Of a stretch of 64,000 nucleotides of DNA, positions 28,083 through 42,044 are shown one piece after another. Position 1 is the stretch's first letter. Every line of letters starts with the position of its first letter. The stretch is from Eledone cirrhosa (taxonomy: Eukaryota), in contig OZ024762.1 of assembly GCA_964016885.1 (NCBI GenBank), forward strand, positions 20,584,001 through 20,648,000, in the 5' to 3' direction. A program made the translations under genes and the position numbers. The notes beneath the pieces were generated by a model, which worked only from the letters and a program-made list of their open reading frames with translations, made no database searches and was not told where the DNA came from.

Positions 28083-28444
28083 GATATTAATAAATGGAAA
28101 CTATATTTATAAAACCATATTTATTTCATTATACATATTTCAGGGATACCAAATTAAATTATGGTATGCCTTCTTCAGACAAAATACAATATATAACAGT
28201 TTTACAAATAAGCTTTGACGTACCCTTTTAAAATGCAACCATTATTTTTGGAAGCCATCTGGATATTATTATTAATATTATTAATATCGTATATCTAATC
28301 CAAATACTTGTCGAGTGCTTTATATCAGTTATAAAAATATTTACTTGTTGTATCCCAACAATTTTAAATAGAACTTTTGCATATATATATATATATATAT
28401 AATACTCTCTCTCTCTCTCTCACTATATATATATATATATATAT

Positions 28445-28788
28445 GGAGGCCCGTGGCTTAGTGGTTAGAGTATTGGCTTTGCAATTGAAAGGTTGTGAGT
28501 TCAATTCTCAGACCGAGTGATGTGTTGTTTCCTTGAGCAAGACACTTTATTTCACATTGCTCCAGTTTACTCAGCTGTAGAATTGAGATGATAGGGACTG
28601 GGGTCCCTGTCATTCCACTGCAAAGTGGTCGTGGAGGTGCCACGACAAAAAAAAGCACCCAGCACTCACTGTAAATGAAGTTGGTGTTAGGAAGGGCATC
28701 CAGCTGTAGAAATCAAGCCAGAATCAGTTCCAGTCCCACCCTTGCAAGCAGGGAAAAGTGGACGTAAAATGATGATGATGATGATGAT
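28445..28788 (+). mobile_element. SINE family A, full length
   Basis: same head, CORE and tail as 4090-4532. Confidence 0.9.
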
Positions 28789-28799
28789 ATGTATATGAA

Positions 28800-29318
28800 T
28801 GAGAAAACTCATTGCCAAAACAGGTGTTAAAACAGCCAAATGCTGTCAATGGCAGCAATGGGCAAAAATGCAGAGATCAGCAACCAGTGGTCTACAAAGA
28901 GACAACCCATAAGATGGGTGACAGGCAGAGGAAATATAGAAAAGATTGAAAGAGGAGGAGGACAAGGGAAAATGTGTTGGCACATAGAAGTGACTGGAAG
29001 AAGGAAATAAAGAAAGATGATGTACAAGACAAGTTTACACACATCTTCACCCTCATCAGCTTTCAAACCAGTAAAATGGTTTCGCACGATTTAATCTTTT
29101 CTATAATTTCTATATTTCATCTGCCTGTCACCCACACCATGGACTGTTTCTCTGCCGACCACTGACCACTGGTCTCTGTCCTCTGAGGCATTTATGACCG
29201 CTGTTATTGACAGAATTTGACTGTTTTAACAGCAGTTCTTGTGATAAATTTTCTCACTTTATATTATGTCAAATACGCTCTCACTTCATCTCAATCAAAG
29301 ACACCAAGTTTTATTCAT
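28800..29318. mobile_element. old MITE-like element with long imperfect inverted repeats
   Basis: 28800-28945 is roughly the reverse complement of 29100-29256. The right end (29248-29320) recurs at 34881-34955. Confidence 0.6.
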
Positions 29319-29321
29319 ATA

Positions 29322-29352
<31 letters not shown>

Positions 29353-29565
29353 GAGAAAAACCACAGACCCTCCATCTCAACTCACCTTTTGAAAAGCAGA
29401 AGAACTGCGAAACCGGTAAAGGAACCAAATAAATATATATATTTAAAAAAAAAAAAAAAAAAAAAATAAGACTCCAGTTGCATTTTCGATTTCATCTCTT
29501 TTTCTTTATACTTTCACTCGTCTAGGACACCTCGGTTATTTTTCATTTTGTAAAAAAAACTTCAC

Positions 29566-29600
<35 letters not shown>

Positions 29601-29787
29601 CGTTATTCCGGGTTGAATCGGAAGTAACCACAGTAAGTAAGGTACTCAATACATTGCAGAGTATAAAAGTTTTAATATAGATGAGATTCTACAGGACTAG
29701 AACTGTTTCATTCTTTAGAAATCATCAGGAATCTTGATGATTTCTAAAGAATGAAACAGTTCTAGTCCTGTAGAATCTCATCTATAT
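29601..29787. mobile_element. TA-inserted fold-back element with hammerhead cores on both arms
   Basis: Palindrome 29675-29787. Minus strand reads CTGATGA-TTTCTAAAGAAT-GAAA-CAG; the plus arm has TTGATGA. The same family occurs unfolded at 13447-13551. Confidence 0.75.
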
Positions 29788-30125
29788 ATATATATATATA
29801 TATATAATGTGCCATCCAGTTCCACACTGTAAATGTGGTTGGTATTAGGAAGGGCATCCAGCTGTAAAAACCCTGAAAAACCATGTCAGAGCAAGGTATG
29901 GTATAGCATAATTCTGTCCAGACTTGTCTCTCAACATGGACAACCCATTTATGACATGCAATAATGGAAAATGGATGTTAAACGGTGATGATGATACATA
30001 TATATATATATATGTATATTTATTAAAATAACAGATTAAAGTTTAAGCAAAGAATCGCTGCTTTCACCCTTAACAAGCTCTCTTTGGATTTTAGTCTTTG
30101 CTTTATTATTATTACTATATATATA

Positions 30126-31645
30126 TCATCATCATCATCAACGTTTAACGTCCGTGTTCCACGCTTGCATGGGTTTGGACGGGGGTTTTCCCACTTGAGC
30201 CAAGAGTGATTGTCTTGCTCGCATAGGACTGTCTGGCGGGTTTTCTACAGCTGGATGCCCTTCCTAACACCAACCACATTGACAGTGTGGGGCTGGGAGG
30301 TTTTTACCGTGTTGCCTACACGGCCACATTACAGCGTGGACTGTGTGTTTTTTTGTCGTGACACCTACACGATCTCATTTGTTTCGGCCTGGATGTTGTG
30401 GCACCAACATAACTTTACATTGAAAGGGGCGGTGTGGATGGGGTGGGGGGGGGGGGGGGTGTATTTTGTTAGAGATGCCTATTGACTGTAGTAGGTTTAA
30501 CTTTGTATTTAGATAAGGCGGGTCTTCTCTATTACTGAGTACTGCCAAAGGTCTTGGTCCAGTGACATTGTCTTGGAGAGGTGTAAGTGTGTGAGGTCGG
30601 AATTTATCAGCTCGTCCCAGGTTTTTCTGGGTCTGCCTACTCCGTGGCTACTGTCTTTCTTTATGTCCCTGCACTTTGTTATACAGCTATCGTCTTTCAT
30701 GCGCATCACATGACCATACCAACGTAGCCTTCTCTCGAGTAAACAACATCTGATCCCTCTTATTTCTAATTTTTTCCTTAGTTCGTTTATGCTTTGCCGT
30801 TCACGTATATTACTATTACACATCCAGCGTAGCATGCAAGCTTCGTTCCTCTCTAGTCTGCGTATATCCTCTGCACACAATGCCCAGGTCTCACTGCCAT
30901 GCAACATTGCTGTTCGTATGCAGGCATCATACAACCTGCCTTTCATTTTTAGGGAGAGCCCTTTAGCGGCCAATAGTGGTATAAGCTCTCTGAACTTTTT
31001 CCATCCAGTTCTGACTCTAGCTACTGTACTTTCAGAGCACCCTCCCCCACTGCTGATTTTGTCACCCAGGTAACGGAAGCTGTCCACTATTTCTATAGGA
31101 CCCTCTGCGCAGTTGAAAGAGCTAGTATTTTGTGGGCACTTGCTGCTACTTATTGCACCAGAGCACCGGCCACATGTAAAATCTATGTTCTTAGTTAGCT
31201 TACCTGTGATCCCACTACATCTTTTATGCACCCATACTTTGCATTTGGGACACAAAATGGAGCTTCTACCTACGCCTTTCCTACACACTGAGCATGGCCA
31301 CTTCCCGGAAGGAACCGCCGCCTTATTTTCTTTCTTACAAACTAGAACTTTAGTCTTAGCCAGGTTAATTTTAAGGCCTTTTGATTCTAGGCCGTGCTTC
31401 CATGCTTGGAATTTCTTCTCTAGCTCGGCCATTGATTCAGCTATGAGTGTTAGGTCATCTGCTTATAGGAGTTCCCATGGGCAGCCGGTCTTGAACTCCT
31501 CTGTTATAGCCTGAAGGGCAATAATAAATAGTAGGGGGCTGAGAACAGAGCCCTGATGGACGCCAACTTTTACGCTAAACTCTTCACTATATTCGTTGTT
31601 AATTCTAACCTTGTTGACTGTTTCTTTATACATGGCTTGTATAGC
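30126..31645 (-). pseudogene. 5'-truncated RTE-clade LINE (family 1): RT with embedded PHD finger, 3'UTR, (ATG)n tail
   Basis: ORFs 31463..31729 and 30509..31432 are in the same frame: GVHQGSVLSPLLF...PWELL*ADDL (TAA at the Y of YADD)...FRYLG...RRLRWYGHVMR...GRPRKTW. Confidence 0.95.
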
Positions 31646-31697
<52 letters not shown>

Positions 31698-31938
31698 ATA
31701 TATATATGTATATATATATATATATGCATTTATACACACACACATATAAACATATACTAAAAGGAAAATTATACATTCCTATAATGCATATGGAAATAAA
31801 GATTAAAAGTAAATATTTACACAATTTCCTTTCTTCCACATAATCATATATATACACATATATACATATATTCATATATGCATACATGCACACCTGCAGA
31901 TAAACGCATGCAAGTACACACATATATAGTTTATGACA

Positions 31939-31974
<36 letters not shown>

Positions 31975-32006
31975 TCATAATATATATATATATTCATAAT
32001 ATATAT

Positions 32007-32098
<92 letters not shown>

Positions 32099-32117
32099 TC
32101 ATAATATATATATATTC

Positions 32118-32152
<35 letters not shown>

Positions 32153-32180
32153 GTAGGTCCCGGGTTGAGTCGGGGATAAC

Positions 32181-32232
<52 letters not shown>

Positions 32233-32264
32233 TTATATATATTCATTATATATATTATATATAT

Positions 32265-32296
<32 letters not shown>

Positions 32297-32338
32297 TCAT
32301 TATATATATATATTCATTATATATATATATACATATAT

Positions 32339-32373
<35 letters not shown>

Positions 32374-32474
32374 CACATAGACCCACACGTAAATTTCCTC
32401 GTAAATATCCACAAACTATATAATATAATTAAGATTTATCTATATATAGATCATACCTCCCTCTCTCTCTCTAT

Positions 32475-32539
<65 letters not shown>

Positions 32540-32724
32540 CATCATCACCGTTTAATGTCCATTTTTCATGCTAACATGGACACACACACATACACAATAC
32601 ATGTTCTTGTAAATGCACATACACCACATACATACACATGTACATATATACACCTTTACAAACACACACACACATGCATATATATATATTTATATATATA
32701 CATATACATACATACATACATACA

Positions 32725-32760
<36 letters not shown>

Positions 32761-32819
32761 TAGAGAGAGTGGGGCGCTTACACAGACATACACACAAATA
32801 TACATATACATATGGTTTC

Positions 32820-33697
32820 ATGTGTGTATGTGTGTGTGCATGTGTATGTGTATGGGTGTATATAAGTGTGTATGTGTGTGTGTGTATAAGTGTGTATGTA
32901 TATGTGTGTGAATGTGTGTGTATGTGTATGTGTTTGTGTGTGTATATGTATGGGTGTATGTAAGTATGTATGTGTGTGTGTGTGTGTGTGTCTATGTGTG
33001 TGTATGTGTGTATGTAAGTGTGTATGTGTGTGTATGTGTGTGTGTGTATGTGTGTGTGTGTATGTGTATGGGTGTATGTAAGTGTGTATGTGTGTGTATG
33101 TGTATGTGTGTGTGTGTATGTATGTGTGTGTGTGTGTATGTGTATGTGTGTGTATGTGTGTGTATGTGTGTGTGTATGTGTATATGTAAGTGTGTATATG
33201 TGTGTGTATGTGTGTGTATGTGTGTGTGTGTATGTGTAAGGGTGTATGTAAGTGTGTATGTGTGTGTATGTGTATGTGTGTGTATGTGTGTGTGTGTATG
33301 TGTATGGCTGTAGGTAAGTGTGTATGTGTGTGTATGTGTATGTGTGTATGTATGTATGTATGTATGTGTGTATGTATGTGTGTATGTATGTGTGTATGTA
33401 TGTATGTGTGTGTATGTGTGTGTATGTGTATGTATGTGTATGTGTGTATGTATGTGTATGTATGTATGTATGTAAGTATGTGTTGATAGTTAAGTGTTTT
33501 TTGTCTTTCACAGTTTTTCCTTCATTTTCTTGGCCAATTCTAAAATATTTTTTCCTCCTCTTTTCCAGAATAATCTCTAATTGTCAATAGTGGAGTTTAT
33601 TTTGATAAATTATTCTGAAGACATTCAAGTTAAAATTAAACATCACTCCCTTGTTTATGTTGTGACACAGCATGGTGGCTTTGACATACATACACAC

Positions 33698-33728
<31 letters not shown>

Positions 33729-34828
33729 AACATAGACATAGAAACACAGATACATACATACATACATACATACACATATACATATGTATATATATATATA
33801 TACATACACATACTTACTTAGACACATATATATATACATAAACACACATACACATATATACTTAGACACATATATATATATAAACATAGACATAGACACA
33901 CAGATACATACATACACATATACATATGTATATATATATATACATACACATATACATATGTATATATATATACATACACATATATACTTAGACACATATA
34001 TATATATACATAAACACACATACACATATATACTTAGACACACATATATATATATACATAAAAATATAGACATAGGCACACACATACATATATATATATA
34101 TACATAGACACACATACACATATATACTTAGACACATATATATACATAAACACACATACACATATATACTTAGACACATATATATACATAAAAACAGACA
34201 TAGGCACACACATACATATATATACATAGACACACATACACATATAGACTTAGACACACATATATATACATAAAAACATAGACATAGGCACACACATACA
34301 TATATATACATAGACACACATACACATATATACTTAGACACATATATATACATAGACACACATACACATATATACTTAGACACATATATATACATAGACA
34401 CACATACACATTTATACTTAGACACATATATATACATAGACACACATACACATATATATATAAACATAGACATAGGCACACACATACATACATACATAGA
34501 CACACATACACATATATACTTAGACATACAGGCACATACATACTTAGACACACAGACACATACATACACATATATATATATATAAAACATAGACAGAGGC
34601 ACACATACACATACATACTTAGACACACAGACACATACATACTTAGACACACAGACACATACATACATACACACACATATATATATATACATATAAACAT
34701 AGACATAGGCACACAGACATACATACATATGCACACATAGACATGCATACACATACACACTTACATAGATAGACACACATACATACACACATATATACAC
34801 ACACACATATACATATACACACATACAT

Positions 34829-34859
<31 letters not shown>

Positions 34860-34880
34860 CACACATATATCTATACACAC
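32820..34880. repeat. (TG/TATG)n and (CA/TA)n compound microsatellite and minisatellite block
   Basis: direct inspection. Confidence 0.9.
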
Positions 34881-35099
34881 ATTTTCTCATTTTTATATTA
34901 TGTCAAATACGCTCTCACTTCATCTCAATCAAAGACAGCAAGGTTTATTCATATATATTTATATATGAGATTTTGATGTTACTTATTTTGAGAACAATAC
35001 CTTAACATCAGTATGAGTGGCTGGTTATAGCCGGTTTGAACAAAAAGAGATAAGAAAATTCTGGCTGGATACAGCCGGTTTAAATGCTAAAGGGTTAAA

Positions 35100-35388
35100 T
35101 CATCATCATCATCATCATTTCATTTTACGTCCACTTTTCCCTGCTTGCAAGGGTGGGACGGGAACTGATTCTGGCTTGATTTCTACAGCTGGATGCCCTT
35201 CCTAACACCAACCTCATTTCAGTGAGTGCTGGGTGCTTTTTTTGCCGTGGCACCTCCACGACCACTTTGCAGTGGAATGATAGGGACCGCAGTCCCTATC
35301 ATCTCATTTCTACAGCTGAGTAAACTGAAGCAATGTGAAATAAAGTGTCTTGCTCAAGGAAACAACACATCACCCGGTCCGAGAATTG
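35100..35388 (-). mobile_element. SINE family A, 5'-truncated; a shorter copy is at 39205-39378
   Basis: reverse complement of the CORE and tail of 28445-28788. Confidence 0.85.
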
Positions 35389-35972
35389 TAAATAAATGTA
35401 AATAAATGTAAATAAAAAGTGTTCTTATTTAATGTTTTTGATACCAACCAGCTCTGGTTCCATATAAATCTTCCAGGTGGCAAATTGGTTGAGTCGTAAG
35501 AATATCAGATAGAATGCTTTGCAGTATTAATTTTGGCACTCTGCTCTCTCAGTTCAAATCCCACCAAGGTCAACTTTGCTTTTCATTCCTTATAGGTTGA
35601 TAAAAAAAAGTACCAGTCTAGTACTGGGGGTCGAGTCTTCTTCTATATCCTCTTTCTCACTTCCATTCCCTCATTCTCTCTATCCTTCTCTGGAAGAAAT
35701 ATCTGCTGTATTCAAATCTTGAGAGGAGATGGACTCTGCCAGGTTTTTTGAAAATGCCTTAGAAACACTCTAACTCAATATGGCGCCCCTACAACTTCTT
35801 GAGGAGTTTTGGGAGCAGAAAATATAAATCTTCCAAAGATATTTTATATAAGTGCCATACATTTAAATTACTGTATTTCCTGGCACCGAAGACACTATTT
35901 TTTTCGTAAAATAAGTTGTAAAAAGCTACCATGCGTCCTGGAGACCGAAGGTTGTTTATTATCATTATTAAC

Positions 35973-36656
35973 TGGCGGTGAATTGGCAGTATCGATAGAG
36001 GGTCGGACACCATGCTTTGAAGCATAGACTTACGTCCCTTTATGATCTGAGTTCAAATCCTGCCGAGGTTAACTTTGCCTTTCATCCTTACCGGGTCGAT
36101 AAAATAAAGTACCAGTAATGCACTGGCATAATTGCTGGCCTTGTGCCTAAAGTAGAAACAATTATTAACTGGCGGTGAATTGGCAGTATCGATAGAGGGT
36201 CGGACACCATGCTTTGAAGCATAGAGTTACATCCCTTTATGATCTGAGTTCAAATCCCACCGAGGTTAACTTTGCCTTTCATCCTTACGGGGGTCGATAA
36301 AATAAAGTACCAGTAATGCACTGGGTAATTGCTGGCCTTGTACCAAAAGTAGAAACAATTATTAACTGGCGGTGAATTGGCAGTATCGGTAGAGGGTCGG
36401 GCGCCATGCTTTCCAGCATAGTTACGGCCCTTTACAGTCTGAGTTCAAATCCTGTCGAGGTTAACTTTGCCTTTCATCCTTACCGGGTCGATAAAATAAA
36501 GTACCAGTAATGCACTGGGATAATTGCTGGCCTTGTGCCAAAAGTAGAAACAATTATCATTATTAACTTTGCCTTTCATCCTTACGGGGTCGATAAAATA
36601 AAGTACCAGTAATGCACTGGGGTAATTGCTGGCCTTGTGCCAAAAGTAGAAACAAT
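35973..36656 (+). mobile_element. head-to-tail array of about 3.5 SINE family B units (~197 bp)
   Basis: GGCGGTGAATTGGCAGTATCG at 35973, 36171 and 36368, each followed by a B-box and the GCCTTTCATCCTTAC..GGTCGATAAAATAAAGTACCAG domain. Confidence 0.85.
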
Positions 36657-37452
36657 TTTTATTTTTTTTTCTAAGTTTTGGTTGTCAAAATTAGAGTGCA
36701 TCCTCAAGGACGAAGCACTTTGGCACCGGGAACTACGGTATAATCTAAGTAATGAAATAATTGCTGATTTTGGTAAATCTCTCAAAATTCTTGATTAAAT
36801 CTTCTGATACCAACTTTAGCCAAAACTCAGCTCTGGTTTTATGTAACAAAATCAGTCTTTTACCCTCACCACCCCCACCAACATCATCATCATCATCATC
36901 ATCATCATCAGCAGTAGCATTTTTATCAGCACCCTCATCATTTTGATCATCATCATCAGTACTATCATAATTATCATCACCGTTATCATCATCACCACCA
37001 TCATCATCATCATCATCATCATCATCATTATCAGTACTATCATAATTATCATCATCATCATCATCACCATTATCATCATCATCATCATCGTCAGTACTAT
37101 CATAATTATCATCACCATTATCAACATCAACATCAACATCAACATTAACATCATCATCATCATCATCATCAGTACTATCATAATTATCATCACCGTCATC
37201 ATCATCAACATCATTGTCATCATCATCATCATCAGTACTATCATAATTATCATCACCGTTATCATCATCATCATCATCATCATCACCACCACCACCACCA
37301 TCATCAAGATTATCATCATCATCATCATTATTATTATAATTATCATCACCACCACCACCATCATAATCATCATCATCATCACTATCCTTACCTTCATTAT
37401 CATCATCATCATCATCATTATTATAATTATCATCACCACCACCATCCTCTTT

Positions 37453-37484
<32 letters not shown>

Positions 37485-37918
37485 CAACATCAACATCATC
37501 ATCATCATCATCATTATTATAATTATCATCACCACCACCATCCTCTTTATCATCATCATCATCATCATCCTCAACATCAACATCAACATCATTATCAGTA
37601 TCATCATCATCACCATCATCATCATTGTTATTACCGTCAACTTCAACATCACCATCACCATCATCATAGCTATCATATTTGTCATCATTTTAATCATCCT
37701 TTTTCTCCATCAGATTTTTTTCATTTCCCCATCAACATTCCAATTATCTTGACACGGAATCATCTCAACTTTAAGTCTCATCCTTCTCAGATCTTATCTT
37801 ATCATGCCCTTCCTCTCTCTCCTCTCTATCCTAGGGAACTCTCTCCCTCCCTTAACTTCTAGTACATCTGCGCACAGCATGGTATAGCATTCATTTACAT
37901 TACATAGCCATCTTAACC

Positions 37919-37967
<49 letters not shown>

Positions 37968-38043
37968 CGAAGGAAATGTGGTAAGGAACCAGATGGACCA
38001 TAACGCACCAAAGTACTCAATACTTAGGGTAGTAGAGTGGGTA

Positions 38044-38175
38044 ATAGGAACGAGTAGGACCCCGACGGCTGAGCTCAAGCCGTTTCGACGGCTAATTCTG
38101 GACTAAATCGATTTAGTCCAGAATTAGCCGTCGAAACGGCTTGAGCTCAGCCGTCGGGGTCCTACTCGTTCCTAT
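38044..38175. repeat. perfect 132-bp spacerless palindrome (family P element)
   Basis: centre GACTAAATC|GATTTAGTC at 38109/38110, arms exactly complementary. Confidence 0.95.
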
Positions 38176-38377
38176 ATATATATATAGTAGATCCCGTTAA
38201 GGGTGAAAGCAGCGATTCTTTGCTTAAACTTTAATCTGTTATTTTAATAAATATATATATATATATATATATATTTTTTAGGAACGATCGACTTTCGTCA
38301 AATCGGACCGAGGGAACAATGTTTCCGTTGGTCTTTCCAGTTGCTAATACTATCTATCGGTCGCAACTCCAGGTAGA

Positions 38378-38496
38378 AGGAGCAACGTGAAATAAAGTGT
38401 CTTGCTCAAGGACATAACGCATCGCCTGGTCCAGGAATCGAACTCACAACCTTACGATTGTGAATCCAATTCTCTAACCACTCAGCCACACGCCTT
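38378..38496 (-). mobile_element. CORE-SINE head, divergent subfamily
   Basis: minus strand GGCGTGTGGCTGAGTGGTTAGAG...GAGTTCGATTCC...CCTTGAGCAAGACACTTTATTTCAC. Confidence 0.8.
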
Positions 38497-38969
38497 CACT
38501 ATATATATATATGTGTGTCTAAATTTGGTGGTTTACCACTGAGTAGAATTAGTCATTCTGTAATGTTAACCATGACGTAATATGAGAAAAGCACTCAACA
38601 TTACTCAACTCATCCATCCTCAATGCTGAATCATATTGGTGGTGCGGGAAGGCAGTAAATGTATTATAAAGTGAAATGACAGGAGGCCAAATATGTTGAA
38701 TTTCTTTAATTTTTTTATTACTGTAAACACTATACACATTTCAGTGGCCATGTTGCATAAGAACCCGGTGACATCATCAGGTGTAAATTGCATAATAGAT
38801 GTATACCAACGGAATGATAGTAAGCTTTAAGGAAACAAGCATAGAAAAACAAAGAGGAGAAAGTGTGTGCTATGTTTTTGATCAAGAGACGGACATAGTA
38901 GCATGCTGCCTCACTGCTCATCCGCCTTTTTAAAGAAAATCAACATATTTGGCCTCCTGTCATTTCACT

Positions 38970-39000
<31 letters not shown>

Positions 39001-39164
39001 GTCCCAAGGCTCTGATACCATCAACACTATACACACAGAGCTGGCATATCTAAGAACTGACTAACTGCCTGATGAGGTCATAGCCATTCAATGGCTATCA
39101 TCAGAATATATATAGCAGTAAATAAAGGATTATGAGTTCATGCAATTGACTTATGTTTCGTCAC

Positions 39165-39196
<32 letters not shown>

Positions 39197-39721
39197 CATA
39201 TTCATTTTCATTTCATTTTACGTCCGCTTTTCCCTGCTTGCAAGGGTGGGACAGGAACTGATTCTGGCTTGATTTCTACAGCTGGATGCCCTTCCTAACC
39301 CCAACCTCATTTACAGTGAGTGCTGGGTGCTTTTTTTGCCGTGGCACCTCCATGACCACTTTGCAGTGGAATGATATGGCTGTAAAAAACCTGCCACATA
39401 CAGTTCCATACGAGTGAGACACGGTCTCCCGACAAATCTCGCATCAAATGAAACAAAACCGTCTAACACATGCTAGTGTGGCAGATGGACGTTAAACAAT
39501 GATGATGATGATGATGATATTTTGTTTAAATCAAGCGACAAACCAAAGATGATACTTCAAATCATGTTATTAGCATCTACTCATGTTTCAGTTTCAGTGT
39601 AACCAGGTAACACTGAAATATCCCCAGGGCATCCGTGGAGGATAAGGAGGATGTAGGGCCCAAAGAAAAAAAAAAACAAGAATTCATAGTCAATAAAGTA
39701 AAGAAATTGAATATATATAAA

Positions 39722-39779
<58 letters not shown>

Positions 39780-39789
39780 TATATATATC

Positions 39790-39839
<50 letters not shown>

Positions 39840-39873
39840 TAAATATATATGTATGTATGTATATGTATGTATA

Positions 39874-39937
<64 letters not shown>

Positions 39938-40331
39938 AAGGGCATCCAGCTGTAGAAAACCCGCCAGACAGTCCTATACGAGCAAGACAACCACTCTTGC
40001 CTCAAGTGGGAAAACTCCCGTCCAAACCCATGCAAGCGTGGAATATGGACGTATGATGATGATGATGATGATGATACATACATATATATATATATATATG
40101 TATGTATATATATGTATATATATATATATATATATATAAAACGAAGGAGGTGTGGAAAGGAACCAGATGGACCATAACGCACCACCAGAGTACTCAAAAC
40201 TTAGGGTAGTAGAGTAGGTAATAGGAAAATGTTTGACCTCGACGGCGGAGCTCAAGCCGTTTTGACGGCTATTTCTGGACTGAATAGCCGTCGAAACGGC
40301 TTGAGCTCTGCCGTCGGGGTCCAACATTTTG

Positions 40332-40398
<67 letters not shown>

Positions 40399-40401
40399 TC
40401 T

Positions 40402-40445
<44 letters not shown>

Positions 40446-40475
40446 GATGTTAAAAGAAGATGATGATGATGATGA

Positions 40476-40518
<43 letters not shown>

Positions 40519-40920
40519 AATGAGGAATTTAGATCAATATAATGCTAAAGGCATAGAAGCTATTGTAATCATCTTGATCTTGCCTCCTAGAGAACTGCTC
40601 AACAATAATATGTGTGAATGGAGCAAATTAATAGGATACATTCTTAGAAAAGTGATACCCCAGAACAAATTAGACCAATAACAGTCTAACAATTTAACTG
40701 AGAAAGAGTTGAAATACTTACACCTCCTTACCTAGACTTAATGGTTTCAACCCCTGAGACAATTTGCCAATTACAAGTACTAGAAAATGATTATTAGTAA
40801 ATCAGGATTTGGGGTACTTCTCAACAGGTAGTCTTAATAATAGCCAAGAAATTGTTATCATGTCTACACAAAAGTAAAGCCATGCATCTGTGTTCGACAA
40901 AAACAGATTTGACAAAAACA

Positions 40921-40968
<48 letters not shown>

Positions 40969-41161
40969 GTATATAACAAAGGAATTGTGGTAAGGAACCA
41001 GATGGACCATAACGCACCAGAGTACTCAATACTTAGAGTAGTAGAGTGGGAAATATGAAAAAGTATGACCCCGACGGCAGAGCTCAAGACGTTTCTATGA
41101 GTCGAGAAAGAGCCGTCGAAACGGCTTGAGCTATGCCGTCGGGGTCATACTTTTTCATATG

Positions 41162-41215
<54 letters not shown>

Positions 41216-41701
41216 TTCCTGTATGAGCAAGGCATGGTCAGCCGACCAGACACTGCCCACAACAGGACAACCCGTCTAACCCATGCTAGCGTGAAAGAAC
41301 GGACGTAAAACGGTGATGATGATGATGATGATGATGATATATATATATATATATATATTTAATTAGAAATTGAACAACACAAAATATAAGTAATCCATTA
41401 CCAAAGGTTTGGTAATAATATACAAGGGCATCCAGCCATAGAAAACCAACTAGAAATAGTCCTATATGAGCAAGACATGGTCACCTGGCGGAGGTGGTGA
41501 GAGCAGAACTCAGATCGCTGAAACTCACAGAGGAGATGACGAAGGACCGTGAAAAGTAGAGAGATAGAGATGTTGTACTGAATAGGACCCGTCTCACCTT
41601 TGAAAGCAGGGAAAAGAGGACTTAAAATGATGATGATATATCACGATATAGGATTATATTATGTAGCTGTATTCTAGAAGTGTAGAATAAGATTTCATCA
41701 G

Positions 41702-42044
41702 CATCATCATCATCATCATTTCATTTTACGTCCGCTTTTTCACTGCTTGCAAGGGTGGGACAGAAACTGATTCTGGCTTGATTTCTAAAGCTGGATGCCC
41801 TTCCTAACACCAACCTGATTTACAGTGAGTGCTGGGTGGTTTTTGCCGTGGCACCTCCACGACCACTTTGCAGTGGAATGACAGGGACCCAGTCCTATCA
41901 TCTCATTTCTACAGCTGAGTAAACTGGAGCAATGTGAAATAAAGTGTCTTGCTCAAGGAAACAACACATCACCTGGTCTGAGAATTGAACTCACAACCTT
42001 TCGATTGCAAGGCCAATGCTCTAACCACTAAGCCATGTGCCTCC
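41702..42044 (-). mobile_element. SINE family A, full length
   Basis: reverse complement of the family A consensus. Confidence 0.9.

Noticed and set aside
40520-40920. Possible coding remnant (also 4980-5380 and 14450-14890)
   Set aside because: The sequence is complex but has multiple stops and no motif I can identify with confidence. It may be old TE sequence and needs a translated search.
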